The notes beneath the pieces are model-generated. The model ran no database searches and was not told the origin of the DNA. It saw only the letters and a list, made by a program, of their open reading frames with translations. From NCBI RefSeq assembly GCF_963921235.1, contig NC_086108.1, forward strand, positions 8,308,001 to 8,372,000: a stretch of 64,000 nucleotides of DNA, in the 5' to 3' direction. Source of the DNA: Mobula hypostoma. Its lineage: Eukaryota. Positions 1 through 12,383 of the stretch are shown piece after piece. The first letter of the stretch is position 1. Every line of letters starts with the position of its first letter. The position numbers and the translations under genes were made by a program.

Positions 1-1624
1 TAATGACAGTGATGAGAAGAGGGCATGACGTTGCCCTGTTGATGCGTTGCCTTTTGAAGATGTCCCTGTCCATGACGGAGCAGAGTGAATCTACAACCCT
101 CTGCAGCCAATCTTGTGTGTTGGAGGCCCCTCATCAGGCAAAATATTCAAAGTACATTTATTATCAATGTATGCAGTATACAACCCTGATTTTTATATTC
201 TCACAGACAGCCATGAAACAAAGAAACAGCATGGCACCTGTTTAAAGAACCCCCAGAAGTGCAAAGAACAAATGATGCAAATGATCAAAAAAAACACAAT
301 AAAACATGAAACTATAAAGCCATTGAAACAGTCAAGGAAGGTTGAGTTTCAGCTCAGTTCAATCTAGCGCTGTGTCATTGATTAACTGCAGGCCGTACAG
401 CCAGGCTGCCTGGATCAATATCTCACAAAATAGCAATAAAAAAAAAAGAGTAATCAGAAACACATCATAACCTGACCTACAGCATCCAATCCACAAACCA
501 CGTTGATTAAGCCTTGCCAAGACCCAAGACTCCAGCAGCATCGAGCAAGAGGGGCAGAGACTGATTGAAGATGGTCACCTTCCTCCGGGAGCAGCAAAGA
601 AGAGAGACCAACAATGGCACAACCAGATCGCTCACCAAAGTACATCTGTAGAATTTTGCTGGAGTCTTTGGTGACATACCAGATCTCCTCAAATTCCGAA
701 TGAAGTCTAGCCTCTGGCCTTTCTTCCTGATTGTATTTATGTGTTGGTCCCAGGATCAGATTTACCCTGTGCCCAACACGTTGATGCCACAAGTGCAGGA
801 CACCAGCAGCTAAATGTCATTATGAGGTTGTCTTCACTTCAGCCCACCCCATCTGACCATGTTTGACCCATCTCCCTCTCTTCTCACTACCACCATTGGG
901 TGTGAGGTGCAGGAGTCTTGAATGGCTGCACTCACCCCATCACTGAACTGACTTCGTGTCTGTGGCCTGCAGCCATCAGGTTCCTGGTCCAATTTCACCC
1001 GCCCGAGCGCTGAACTGACTCCATGCTGTAGACACGCTTTCTGGACTCTGCCGTTCATGTTCCAGGTATTGTCTATTTACTTCTTCATTCTTTGCACAAT
1101 TTGTTCTTTTTTTTTGTTTGTGACAATGTTTGTGTTGTTTGTTGTGTGGGGATTCCATTGTGCTTGCTTTCTGGCTCAGGCCCCAGAGCACAAACCAAAC
1201 TGGCGTTTGGCCAATTTAAGCGCTCAGTCAGATTAAAAGGATTAAGGCGTGAAGGCCGAGGGTGGAGGGCAAACCGTTGTTCACCTCACAGCTCCATGTC
1301 AGCCAGGGTACCCCCAACCCTGGCTGCCTTTTTTCACACATTGCATGTTTGATAGTCTGATAGTCTTTGCTGTGGGGGGGGGGCGGGCGGTTCTTGGGGA
1401 TTCTTTTGGGTGCTCTCAATATTTATTGCTTATTTATTAATATTTCTTTCTTTTTGTATTTGCACAGTTTGTTGTCTTCTGCACTCTGAACACCCTAGGT
1501 GGGTGGTCTTTCATTATGTTATGCTTATTATTCTATCGATTTGCTGAGTATTCCCACAACAAAATGAATCTCAAGGTTGTATCTGGAGACATGTGTACTT
1601 TGATAATAAGTTTATATGATGGCG

Positions 1625-2287
1625 GGAGGAGAAGATGGCGGCACGTCGGAGCGCGCGCGGCTGCTCCAAAATGATATCGTATGTATTAACTAGGAGCCAA
1701 GCACAATCCTGGTTTGATGGAGACAGACGTGAGAAGCACAGAGGAACACCTGGAGAAACTTCTGAAATGCCCGCTTTGCTGCGGCTGCTACTGTGCGATC
1801 GAGAATCTCCGGAGGGGCAGGCCCCAAATCCTCGGCTTTTCCTATTACTGGGGCCGGGGTCGAAGCGCTCGGCAGAGATGGTGCTCGGTGCCGGAGGGCT
1901 GGTCGGAGGCTCGAAGTTTTCGGACGGACTCGAGAGGTGGCTGTGGTCGGGTGCTTCCAGGGTGCTGCACCGACAAGTTTGCGGCGCTGGAAGCTCATGG
2001 CAGGAAAAGTTTTTTTTCTTCCTTCTACCGTCTGCGTGAGATGATGGGACTTTCGAGAGACTTTGAGATTTTTTTTTTACCGTGCCCATGGTCTGTTCTT
2101 CATCAAATTACGGTATTGCTTTGCACTGTTGTAACTACATGTTATAATCATGTGGTTTTTGTCAGTTTTTCAGTCGGTTTGTCTTGTATTTCTATGATAT
2201 CATTCTGGAGAAACATTGTATCATTTCTTAATGCATGCATTACTAAATGACAATAAAAGAGGACTGCGTGTCCTCAATCTAATCTAA
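1625..2287 (+). mobile_element. Non-autonomous LINE-derived retroelement, family X copy A (apparently full length)
   Basis: Starts GGAGGAGAAGATGGCGGC and ends AATAAA-GAGGACtgcgtGTCCTC-(AATCT)n. Colinear with copies at 41822, 59003 and 21078. Interrupts the 3' tail of another repeat. Confidence 0.75.
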
Positions 2288-2329
2288 TATTGAACTTCGA
2301 GCATATACCCACTGGAGAAGAGTGCCACA

Positions 2330-2600
2330 ATAGTGTAGTGGTGGTGTGGTGCTCAGGATGTTGGCGTTCAGCGTTCAATCCTAGCACCCTCTGCAAGGAG
2401 TCTGTACGTCCTCCCCGTCCGTGGATGCGTGGGTTTCCCCCGGGTCCTCCGGTTTCCTCCCACAGCCCCAAGACACACCAGGTAGGTTAATTAACTATTG
2501 TAAATTGACCCATGATTCGGTTAAATCTGGATTGTCGGGGGGTTTGGGGTGATGCAGCTTGAAGGACCAGGAGTTATTCCATACTGTATCTCTAAATTAA
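2330..2600 (+). mobile_element. V-SINE (HE1-like) copy; further copies at about 16400-16615 (+), 18570-18850 (-), 19040-19170 (+), 19530-19700 (+) and 35330-35590 (-)
   Basis: V-domain-like sequence TGCGTGGGTTTCCCCCGGGTCCTCCGGTTTCCTCCCACAG..AAGAC..GGTAGGTTAATT..TAAATTG, repeated across the window. Confidence 0.75.
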
Positions 2601-2699
2601 CAAGTTGCCTCTCAACCAGAACTCAAAACCAGATAGAGCAGACCAGACTAGCACTGGAAATCCCAAGAAGACTCTGCTAATGAAATACGAGTCAGGAAG

Positions 2700-3100
2700 A
2701 CCTGAGTTTATAAAGAAAGATCGAATAGGTTAGGACTTTATTCCTTGGAATATGGAAGATCAAGAGAAGATAGATCTCTATTAATAGAGATATACATTGG
2801 GTAAATGCAAGCAGGCTTTTTCCACTGACGTTGGGAGGGACTACAACCAGAGGTCACGGGTTAAGCGTGAAAGGTAAAAGGTTTAAGGGGAACATGAATG
2901 GAAACTTCTTCACTCAGAGGGTGGTGAGAGTGTGGAACAAGCTGCAAGCACGAGTGGTGCATGACAGCTCGATTTCAATGTTTAAGGGAAGTTTGGATGG
3001 GGACAAGGATGGGAGGACTATGCAGGTCGATGGAATTAAGCAGCTTGGCACAGACTAGATGGGCCATACAGCCTCTGTGCTGTACTTTTCTATGACTCTA
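2700..3100 (+). mobile_element. CR1 LINE 3' fragment
   Basis: ORF 2831-3058 TRGHGLSVKGKRFK..NFFTQRVVRVWNKL is the typical CR1 ORF2 C-terminus. Confidence 0.8.
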
Positions 3101-3140
3101 CAATGAAATTCCTTCTATCCCGTCCTGGTGTTTCACTTAC

Positions 3141-3172
3141 AGACAAGGGACTCCAGCACGCTCGATATTCCT
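3141..3172 (-). other. Candidate 32-nt internal exon of an unidentified host gene
   Basis: Minus strand reads gtttccttcggttttgcttcatgtacAG|AGGAATATCGAGCGTGCTGGAGTCCCTTGTCT|GTAAGT. It has a pyrimidine-rich acceptor and a consensus donor, lies in non-repeat DNA, and is open in all three frames. Confidence 0.4.
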
Positions 3173-3324
3173 CTGTACATGAAGCAAAACCGAAGGAAAC
3201 ATCACTCTACCCAATAACCACAATATCAGTTTACACTGCAGACTCCGCTGAGAAATCTCACCGACAGGAGATTCTATTATTGAAGAACATTTCATTTCTC
3301 ATGCTTTGCCCTGTTGTGAATTAC

Positions 3325-3925
3325 ATTATAGGAGCAGAATTAGGCCATTTGGCCAATTGAGTTTGCTCTGTCATTTCATCATGACTGATCCATTTCTCTC
3401 TCAGTCCCCAGTTTCCTGCCTTCTCCCCATATCCCTTCATCCCTAATCAAGAACCTATCAACTTCTGCCTTAAGTATACACAATGACTTGGCCTCCACAG
3501 CCGTCTGTGGCAATGAATTCCACAGATTCACCTCCCCTCTGCCTAAAAAAAATTCCTCATCTCTGCTCTAAAAGGACGCCCCTCAGTTCTGAGCCTGCCC
3601 CCTCTGGACCTAGACTCGCCTACTATAGGAAACGTCCTCTCCACATCCACTCAATCGAGGCCTTTCAACATTCAATAGGTTTCAATGAGATCCCCCCCCA
3701 TTCTTCTGAGTTCCAGTGAATACCAACCCAGAGCCACCAAACACTTCTCATACGACCAGCCTTTCAATCCCGGAAACATTTTCATGAAACTCCTTTGAAT
3801 CCTCTCCAGTTTCAGCACATCCTCCTCTTAGATAAGAGACCTAAAACTGCTCACAACACTCCAAGTGAGGCCTCACCAGTGCTTTATAAAGCCTCAACAC
3901 TACACATCACTTTTATTCTCTAGTC
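3325..3925 (-). mobile_element. CR1 LINE 3' fragment
   Basis: Reverse complement of the CR1 ORF2 end and 3' tail (ggagcagaattaggccatt..., aattccacagattcacc...). Confidence 0.75.
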
Positions 3926-4273
3926 CATGGTGACATATATGTTACTTTGATAATAAATTTACTTTGGCTTTGAAGGAGAGACCGGTAAAAGGGAAAGGTA
4001 AATATTAAATTGAAGTGGAGGGCTGCTGGAACGTAGGAACATTGCGCCTATTATAAAAATTTGGGGCAGATGTCACAGAAATGGCCTTCAGAGGATAGCG
4101 TGAACTTCTGGGAAAAAGGAAGGAACTATTTCAGGACGCAATAACAGAAATTCCATTACAGAATCCTATAGACATGTGTGTGAATTCCATCGGGCCTCAA
4201 TTTTAAATTCAGTTAACTAATCTTCAATAAAATGTTCGACAGGCTTGAGACAAAAACTCCAGCTGGTTCACCG

Positions 4274-4367
4274 ACTTCCTGTGGTGGAGAGAAGTTTGCC
4301 CTTATTCAGTCTGACCAACACGCAGTTCCATACTCAGAGGTCAACAGTTAACTGACGTCACTCAGCA
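4274..4367. promoter_or_regulatory. Putative enhancer: overlapping ETS/RUNX motif plus full CRE
   Basis: ACTTCCTGTGGT at 4274-4285 and TGACGTCA at 4353-4360, followed by CTCAGCA, inside a non-repeat island (about 3975-4410). Confidence 0.3.
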
Positions 4368-4419
4368 AGACGTTTACTTTAAGGGGAACTAGGGGTGAGA
4401 TCTGCATTCCAGCCTTCAT

Positions 4420-5570
4420 AATCAGAATCAGGTTTGTCAAATTCGTTATGCAGCAGCAGTACAATGCTATACATAATAAAAACTGTGAATTGCAGTAAGA
4501 ATATATTTTTAAAAAGTTAGAGAGCAAAAAGAGGGGAAAAAAGTGAGGTGGTGTTCATGGGTTAAATGTCCACTCAGAAATCTGATGGCAGAGGGAAAGA
4601 AACTGTTCCTGAATCGTTGAGTGGGTGCCTTCAGGCTTCTGTACCTCCTCCTGGGTGATGAGGATCCTTAATGATGGATGCTGCCTTTTTGAGGCATCAC
4701 TCCTTGAAGATGTCTTGAATACTACGGAGGCTAGTGCCAGACATCCCACTTCTCCCAGAAGTTCTGGGAGTCTCCCGCAAATTAATAGTGGCTCCCTGAT
4801 ACCCACAAATTATATACAATGTCCCGGAAATTGATTTTTTTTTTAAAAAGAGCGTGAGAGAGCGCACGAGAGAGCAAGAGAAAGAGCAAGAAAGCAAGCA
4901 CGAGTGAGAGCAAGCGCGAGAGAGAGTGACCACGAGAGAGAGCGTGCGAGAGCAAGAGCGAGAACGACCACGAGCGAGAGGGCGCGCGATAGAGAGAGAG
5001 CGAGAGCAAGAGAGTTCCAAAAAAAGTCAGAGTGGCAAAGTGTTCCAACAAAAAATACAAAATGTACGTCACCCCAGACGACACTAAACTGTACCCCCGC
5101 CTAATAGGGGTCAAAAATAATGACAGTGTTGCTCACTGCACTGTCTACAACAGTGACTTTTCTGTAGCCCATGGTGGGTAAAGACTGTAAAAGACATGTT
5201 GAGGTGAGTTTAACAGGTGTCATTCGTTCATTAGCATAGCTAACGTTATTTAAACTAGCTGGCCAGCTGCTAAGGAGCTACTCTATTGCAGACATCCCAC
5301 CTCTCCCGGAAGTCTCCTGCAAATTGATGGTGCTATCTCCCTGAAATGAGTCTTTGCAGGGTGGGATGTCTGTAGTGCCCATGATGGAACTGACTGAGTT
5401 GACAGCTCTCAGCAGCTTACTTCAATCTTGTGCAGCAGGAGACCAAACAAAACCAAACAGTGATGTAGCCAATTAGAATGTTTTCCATGACATGCTAAAC
5501 CTTCTCAAATTCCTAATGAAATATAGCCGCTCCTGTGCCTTCTTTGTAACTGCATCAATATGTTGGGCAT
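4420..5570 (-). mobile_element. Rex1/Babar-type LINE 3' fragment (host of a DNA transposon)
   Basis: Reverse complement of the family ORF end seen intact elsewhere (RRYRSLK..RFRNSFFP type). ORF 5473-5859 contains KKAQERLYFIRNLRRF. Confidence 0.7.
4738..5372. mobile_element. Non-autonomous DNA transposon with 12-bp TIRs and a 6-bp TSD
   Basis: TIRs CAGACATCCCAC (4738) and GTGGGATGTCTG (ends 5372). Flanking duplication TAGTGC at 4732-4737 and 5373-5378. The host LINE sequence rejoins across it. Confidence 0.85.
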
Positions 5571-6019
5571 AGCTATGCCAGCAACGTCCACACCACATCG
5601 AAAGTATACATACAGTATCTACTGAAATCTCTTTGGAAAGAGTTAGATGATGAAATGATTGGACTCCAGGGGCTAGCAGGATGAATGGGTTACAGAGGGC
5701 TGAAGAGTGTTTCTGAAGTGGAATGTTGCAACACATATAAAATGCTGGAGGCGATCGGTAAGTCAGGCAGCATCTAGATTGTTCCTTTTCGAGCCTTGCA
5801 TCGGGTGGCAACCTTACTGTTTCTTTAGCATTCTTGTCTGTTTTTTTAAACGAGACCACGTTGCTTGCTCAATGCTCAACCCAACGCAGATGGAAAGCGT
5901 GCAATGCAGATTCAAACCCAGGACAGCTCGCCTTGAAGTACAGTGCAGATACCACCACACCACCAGCCGGCTAACATAGTTGGCAGGATACGAACTTACA
6001 CAGGAACAACCCAATGGAT

Positions 6020-6650
6020 TTCCAGGCAGCATCAATGGAAATGAAAAAATGAGTCAACATTTTGGGCCACGACCCTTCTTCAGAACTGGAAAGGCATGGG
6101 GAAGATGCCAGAATAAAAAGGTGGGCAGACAGAAAGGAAGATAGCTCGAAGGTGATAGGTGAAGACAGCTGGGTGGGAAAGATAAAGGGCTGGAGAAGAA
6201 GGAATCTGACAGAAGAGAGTGGGGAAAAAGGGAAAGAGGAGGGGACCCCAGGGGGAAGTGAAAGGCAGATGAGAAGAGATAAGTGGCCAGAACAGGGAAT
6301 GAAAGAAGAAGGGAAGTGAAGGGAAAAAAATTTTACCTGAAGGAGAAATCAATACTCATTCCATCAGGTTGGAGGATAGAATACAAGTTGTTGCCCCTTT
6401 ACTCTGATTGAAAAGGTGGGTAGGTGAGGGAGGAGATGAACTAAAAAGCTGGGCTGTGATAGGTGGAAGAGATAAAGGGCTGAAGAAGGAATCTGATAGG
6501 AAAGCAGAGTGGACCATGACAGAAGGGGAACCACAGGGAGGTGATGGGCAGGGGAGAAGAGATGAGAAGGAATGAGAGGTGAGCAACAACAGGAAACGGA
6601 AAAAGTGAGGGGGGGGAGAAATTACTGCAAGTTGCAGAAATCAATGTTCA
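6020..6650 (-). mobile_element. Penelope-like element 3' fragments (two, tandem)
   Basis: Purine-rich tract, ccatcaggttggagg motif and degenerate hammerhead/pLTR sequence shared with the PLE at 43045-44955. Confidence 0.65.
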
Positions 6651-7009
6651 GAGAAGTTGGCTTTGTAAAGTGGGAGCTCTTTCCCACAGCTCTGATGGGA
6701 ATCTTCAAATATTCCCATTTAGGACTACCACAGCTGAAATCATTGGATGGTGGGATGGAGATACATCTATACCAAAGGAGATGTAAGCCACTTTTTCCAT
6801 CCACTAGCATGCAGGTCTCCCTTGGTTTTCTATCACCCACATGCCTATCTAAGAGTCTCCTAAGGTATATGGATGAGAGGGGAATGCGGGGATGAGAGGG
6901 GAATGCGGGGATATGAATAAGAGTCTCCTGAGGTATATGGATGGGAGGGGAATGCAGGGATATGCTTTGGGTGCAAGTAGATGGAGCTAGGCAGAAGATC
7001 AGGTTGGCA

Positions 7010-7835
7010 TGCAAGAACAAGGAGTTGATTATAGACTTCAGGAGAGGAAAACCACAGGACAATGTGCCAGTCCTCATTGGTGAAGCAAAGGTTGAGAGGA
7101 CAAAGCTTTAAATTCCCAGGTGTTATTATTTCAGGGGACCTGAACTGGATCCAGCACGCAAGTGTAATTACAAAGAGAGCACAACAGCGCTTCTACTTCC
7201 TTAGGTGTCAGTAGAGATTCAGTACAACATCTTCAACTTGACAAACTTCTATTGACGTGTAGTGGAGAGTGTATTGACTGGCTGCATTACAGCCAGGTAT
7301 GGAAACACCAATGCCTTTGAATGGAAGTGGAAAATCCTGTAAAGGTAGCGGACTCCGCCTAATCCATCATAGATAAAGCCTTCCCAACCATTGAGCACTT
7401 CTACATCAAACGGCATCATAGGAAAGCAGCATCCATCATCAGAGATTGCCACCACCCAAATCACACTCTTTTCTCACTGCTGCCATCAGATAGAAGGTAC
7501 AGGAGCCTCAGGACTCGCACCACCAGGTTCAGGAACAGTTATCAGGCTACTGAACCAAATGGTTCACTGAACTTCACTTGCCCTGTAACAGAACTGTTCC
7601 CACAACCAATAGACTCACTTTCAAGGACTCTTCATCTCACGCTCCTGTTATTATTTTTGCTATTTATATTTGCATCTGCACAGTTTGTTGTCTTCTGTAC
7701 TCTGGTTGATCTTTCACTGACCTGTTATAGTTACTATTCTGTAGATTTGCTGAGTATGCCCACAGGAAAATGAATCTCAGGGTTGTATGTGGTGATAATA
7801 CATGCTTCAATAATAAAACTTACTTTGAACTTTGA
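7010..7835 (+). mobile_element. Rex1/Babar-type LINE 3' portion, degenerate
   Basis: aaggagttgattatagacttcagg (KELIIDFR) through caccaccaggttcaggaacag, with a 3' tail ending aataaa..tactttgaactttga. Confidence 0.75.
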
Positions 7836-8589
7836 CTGGTTATACCGAAGGGCCAGTTTCTGTACTGTGGTTCTCTCGGGCTATGAAGCCTCCCACTCGA
7901 TCCCTTGGCACTCTCTCGTGGTTTTAATGCCTCACCTCATGACCTCTTCCTTCCCTCTAATAGATTTTCTCCTGGTTTCTGTTCTCAGCTTATTAAATCT
8001 TTAATCAATGCCATTTTATTTCTGATTGAAGTTCCAACACTGACAGAATCCCTTCTCGTCTGGGTGCAATGAGTTGAATTCGCTCCCTCTTGCCTTGCCA
8101 TTTGACCTACGACATGGCCTTCTGCCTAGTTCATCTCTGCCTTTATCCCCTATAAATTAGCGCAATCCCAGTCCAAATGCCTTTCATCTTGGAGGTATCA
8201 TTCTTCAATCACATTTTCAGCAAGAACATATTTAGAATCTGTATATTATTTTCTTAATGATTATTATTCGATTTCAGATTGAAAGATAGGATTTTGTAGA
8301 ACACTACAGCACAGAAACAGAGCCTTTGCCCATCTTGTCTGTGTCAAGGGGCCATTCTCCCCCCGAGACTGATCTGGCACTTAACCGTAACAAAGTCCGA
8401 TTCAAGGCCAACCTGCCCTTCCCTGATATGTTTTTTTTTGGGATGACCTTACCCCTCCCTGTTTGGGATGAGTCCCATTCTTATTTCATCATTTTCACTA
8501 ACAGTAATTAGGTTCAAATATAGATCAGTGATGACATTTGCAGAGTCTGAAAGAGATTAGCTCAGTTTGGCACATGTATATCGAATAGG

Positions 8590-8975
8590 GTGGTGGTGTC
8601 CAGATACATCTCTACGGAAGGAGGTGTAAGGTGCTCCTTCCCTCCGCTAGCCTGCAGGTCACTCTTGGACAAGATGTAGCATCTGCTTAGCACCCCTACT
8701 CCGATCAGGGTCATGTGAAGCCATGAGAGCAGGTGGTGGATGGTCGTATGAGCAGCCGGTGCAGATCACAAGTCCTGGTTATGTGACCACTAATGCCAGG
8801 CAGACAATCTCTGAAGAGTATTAACAGTGACGAGGGTCACCCGTCTTGTAAGGACACTGGCCAGAAGAAAGCGATGACAAACCGTTTCTGTAGAAAATTC
8901 TGCCAAGGACAATCATGGTCATAGAAAGAACACGATCACCCACATCATACAACACGGCACACAATGATGATGATG
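8590..8975 (+). mobile_element. RTE-related non-autonomous element; other copies at 13785-14140 (-), 56270-56555 (-) and a partial at about 6765-6825
   Basis: Three colinear copies of about 300-390 bp. The 3' end resembles BovB/RTE tails (..caaacc.cttctgtagaaaa.ttgccaag..) and finishes in (ATG)n. Confidence 0.6.
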
Positions 8976-9157
8976 CTTGTTCATATTTTTTATACAATCA
9001 TTTGTTCAGTGAATTTCCTAGTAATTACAGAGCAGGTTCTTTTTCTGAAGCCCATCATCCCATCTGGCACAGAGGCTACCAATGAAACTCGCCAGCGTCT
9101 TCTATCCTGGGCAGAAAGAAAGCTGACCAGCCCTGCCTGCGGCTTCCATGGTTGCTG

Positions 9158-9545
9158 GCCAGTGATGTTGTGGGGATGGAACTGGACTCTCTCACGGTGG
9201 TGTCTGAAAAGAGGATGCTAAGTTGCATGCCATCTTGGACAATGTCTCCCATCCACTACATAATGTACTGGGTGGGGACAGGAGTACATTCAGCCAGCGA
9301 CTCATTCCACCGAGATGCAGCACAGAGCCTCATAGGAAGTCATTCCTGCCTGTGGCCATCAAACTTTACAACTCCTCCCTTGGAGGGTCAGACACCCTGA
9401 GCCAATAGGCTGGTCCTTATTTCATAATTTACTGGCATAATTTACATATTACTATTTAACTATTCATGGTTTTATTACTATTATTTATGGTGCAACTGTA
9501 ACAAAAACCAATTTCCCCCAGGATCAATAAAGTATGACTATGACT
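9158..9545 (+). mobile_element. LINE (Rex/L2-type) 3' end fragment
   Basis: ORF 9223-9408 (ILDNVSHPLH..SQRLIPPRCSTEPHRKSFLPVAIKLYN), then an AT-rich UTR, AATAAA and a (TATGAC)n tail. Confidence 0.7.
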
Positions 9546-9651
9546 TTATTCCTCCACAAACTTCTTGGTTTTCAGTAGTAGGTGTCACATGGCTTGAATC
9601 AGGCTATGTTATAGGTTAACTGTTATCAATGGAATTTGTGTTACTTGTAGT

Positions 9652-9655
9652 ACGT

Positions 9656-9722
<67 letters not shown>
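9652..9722. repeat. (CG)n(CA)n microsatellite, alternating purine/pyrimidine
   Basis: acgtgcgtgcgcgcgcg followed by about 25 CA units. Confidence 0.95.
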
Positions 9723-10500
9723 TCTGTGTAAGCACGATCTACTTCACAGGAGAGGGGTTGCAAATGGGATTGAGTACTGTGTAACCACCAGCAGACATTC
9801 TCACCATGGAAGATCAGTCACTGAGGAAGTACAGCAACATGGCAGAGTAGGGGTTAACGCAACGCTTTACAGTACCTGCATCCTGGGCTCAACTCCCACC
9901 GCTGTCTGTCAGGAGTTTGGATGTTGTCTGTAAGGGGCTCCATCATGGGCACCGGCCTCCCCAGCATCCAGGGCATCAAAAGGCGATGCTTCAAAAAGGT
10001 GGCATCCATCATCAAGTACCCCCATCACCCAGGACATGCCGTGTTTTTATTGCGACCATCAGGGAGGAGGTACAAAAGCCTGAAGACACACACACTCACT
10101 GAATCAGGAACAGCTTCTTTCCCTCTGTCATGAGTTTTCTGAATGGACATTGAAAGCTACCTCACTTTTTTTTTTATTACTATTTCTTGCACTAATTTAA
10201 TTTAACTATTTAATATATGTACTGTGTATATGTTTCTATTTATATACCTATCTTATTGAGATACCTCGAGTCATATAGGCCCTTCCGGCCCTTTCAGCCA
10301 CGCCTCTGAGTAATCCCCCAATTTAAACCCCAGCCTATCGCTGGAAAATCTACAATGACCAATTATAAACTGGGTTGTCTGTACAGTAACGCACTGTGCT
10401 AACCACTATACTAGGGTACTGCCCCGCTGATGGTGGGGAGTAAAATGGCAGGCAATTGGGCCAAAGTCAGATAGTCCTGACGTTGGTGAAAAGGACGCAC

Positions 10501-10542
10501 CGGGCAATTTTTCCTCATCGCTGTGTCGGTGCCATTGCTGGA
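10501..10542 (-). other. Candidate small exon or alternative first-exon end of the host gene
   Basis: Minus strand reads ctgtttcAG|TCCAGCAATGGCACCGACACAGCGATGAGGAAAAATTGCCCG|GTGCGT, within a non-repeat island of about 750 bp. The acceptor is weak. Confidence 0.25.
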
Positions 10543-11413
10543 CTGAAACAGCCTAGCACAGCTAGTTCTGATGCACTGTACTGCAGTTTGGCTGTTCTGA
10601 TCCCACAGCCTTTGTTGTGTGCAATGCTCCCAGAATTCCAGCCCCTGCACGCTTCCCTGGGAAAAGATTCCTGCTTAGATTCTCTATGCTGAAAGTTGAA
10701 ATTCCACTCATAACTTTGAGGTGCTCGTCAGGAATGCAGGGATCCCACGCAGCTGAAGTTTTCACTTTATTGGGCTGACGCATCCTCTGTCAACTCCAGC
10801 CTTTTTGGTAATAACAGAAGAATTGAAAGGGATTGCCTTCAAATCCCTTTGGAGGAGAGGCAAGGAGATGCATGGGAGCTGATGTCACGTTTGTCCAACA
10901 TGAAGGAACCAGAGCGGTTCTCACAAAATTAAACAAAAGTTATCAGTTCAGAAAACGTTTACCAGGGCCAACTCTACCCAGAATCTCAAGCCAAAGAAGC
11001 TTTGGAGCTGGCCTCCAAACCTCTTCTGAAGAACAGCCACAGCTCAGACATACAAACCCGCCTCAGTTAAAAAATAAACCATTTATAGGCACTTTGGGAG
11101 TTAGGATATTTCAGAGGCTGGAAGAGACAGAGTTAGAGAAGTGGTGGGAACTTGGCTGAATTGAGTCAAAGTTCAAAGTAAAATTATCAAAGTACATGTT
11201 ACCACGCATTGCCCTGAGGTTCATTTCCTTGCAGGCAGTTACAGAAAATAATTTATGAAAAACTATTAAAGACTGACGAACAACCAAACTGTGCAAATAA
11301 AATAGTAATTAATCATAAATAAATACCAAAATAGATAGATAAGAAATTGAGAACTTGAGTTGTAGAGTCCTTGAAAGCGATTATGTACGTTGTAGAATCA
11401 GTTCAAAGTTGAG

Positions 11414-11783
11414 GTGAGTGAAGTTATCCACACTGGTTCAGGAGCCTGATGGTTGTGGGGTAATAACTGTTCCTGAACCTGGTGGTGTGGGACCTGAGGC
11501 TCATTGTGGTGAGTGAAGTTATCCACACTGGTTCAGGAGCCTGATGGTTGTGGGGTAATAACTGTTCCTGAACCTGGTGGTGTGGGACCTGAGGCTCATT
11601 GTGGGGAGTGAAGTTATCCACACTGGTTCAGGAGCCTGATGGTTGTGGGGTAATAACTGTTCCTGAACCTGGTGGTGTGGGACCTGAGGCTCATTGTGGT
11701 GAGTGAAGTTATCCACACTGGTTCAGGAGCCTGATGGTTGTGGGGTAATAACTGTTCCTGAACCTGGTGGTGTGAGACCTGAG
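11414..11783. repeat. 95-bp tandem repeat, about 4 copies, derived from a Rex1/Babar 3' segment
   Basis: Unit GTGAGTGAAGTTATCCACACTGGTTCAGGAGCC...GAGGCTCATTGTG recurs at 11414, 11509, 11604 and 11699. The ORFs repeat with a 95-nt offset. Confidence 0.95.
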
Positions 11784-12232
11784 TCTCTTACACATCCTTT
11801 CCGATGGCAGCAGTGAGAAGAGAGCATGGTCCAGATGGTAGTAGTTTGGGGTAGGTGGTTTAGTAGGATGGGTTTCTTTTTTTAAAAAAAATGGAAGTTT
11901 CACGGCAGTTTTTTCACTAGTCCTTCAGAGCACTTTACTGGAGAAAGTTGTATCTTAGTCCGCTCCATCATGGGCACTAGCCTCTGTAGTAACCGGGGCA
12001 TCTTCAAGGAACAATGCCTCAAAAAGGTGGTGTCCATCATTAAGGACCCCCATCACCCAGGACATGCCCTCTTCTCATTGCTACCATCAGGAAGGAGGTA
12101 CAGAAGCCTGAAGACACACACTCAACGATTCAGGAACAGCTTCTTCCCCTCCGCCATCTGATTTCTGAATGGACATTGAACCCATGAACACTACCTCACT
12201 AGTTTCTTTATTTCTATTTTTGCACTACTTAC

Positions 12233-12277
<45 letters not shown>

Positions 12278-12383
12278 TATTTATATTATATATTAACATA
12301 CATAATCATACATTTACTATAAATTACACTTTTTATGCATTGCAACGTATTGCTGCTACAAAGACAACAAATTTCACAACATA

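Noticed and set aside
1571..2250. Overlapping 100-180-aa ORFs in family X
   Set aside because: The frames are not preserved among the four copies; a GC-rich artefact.
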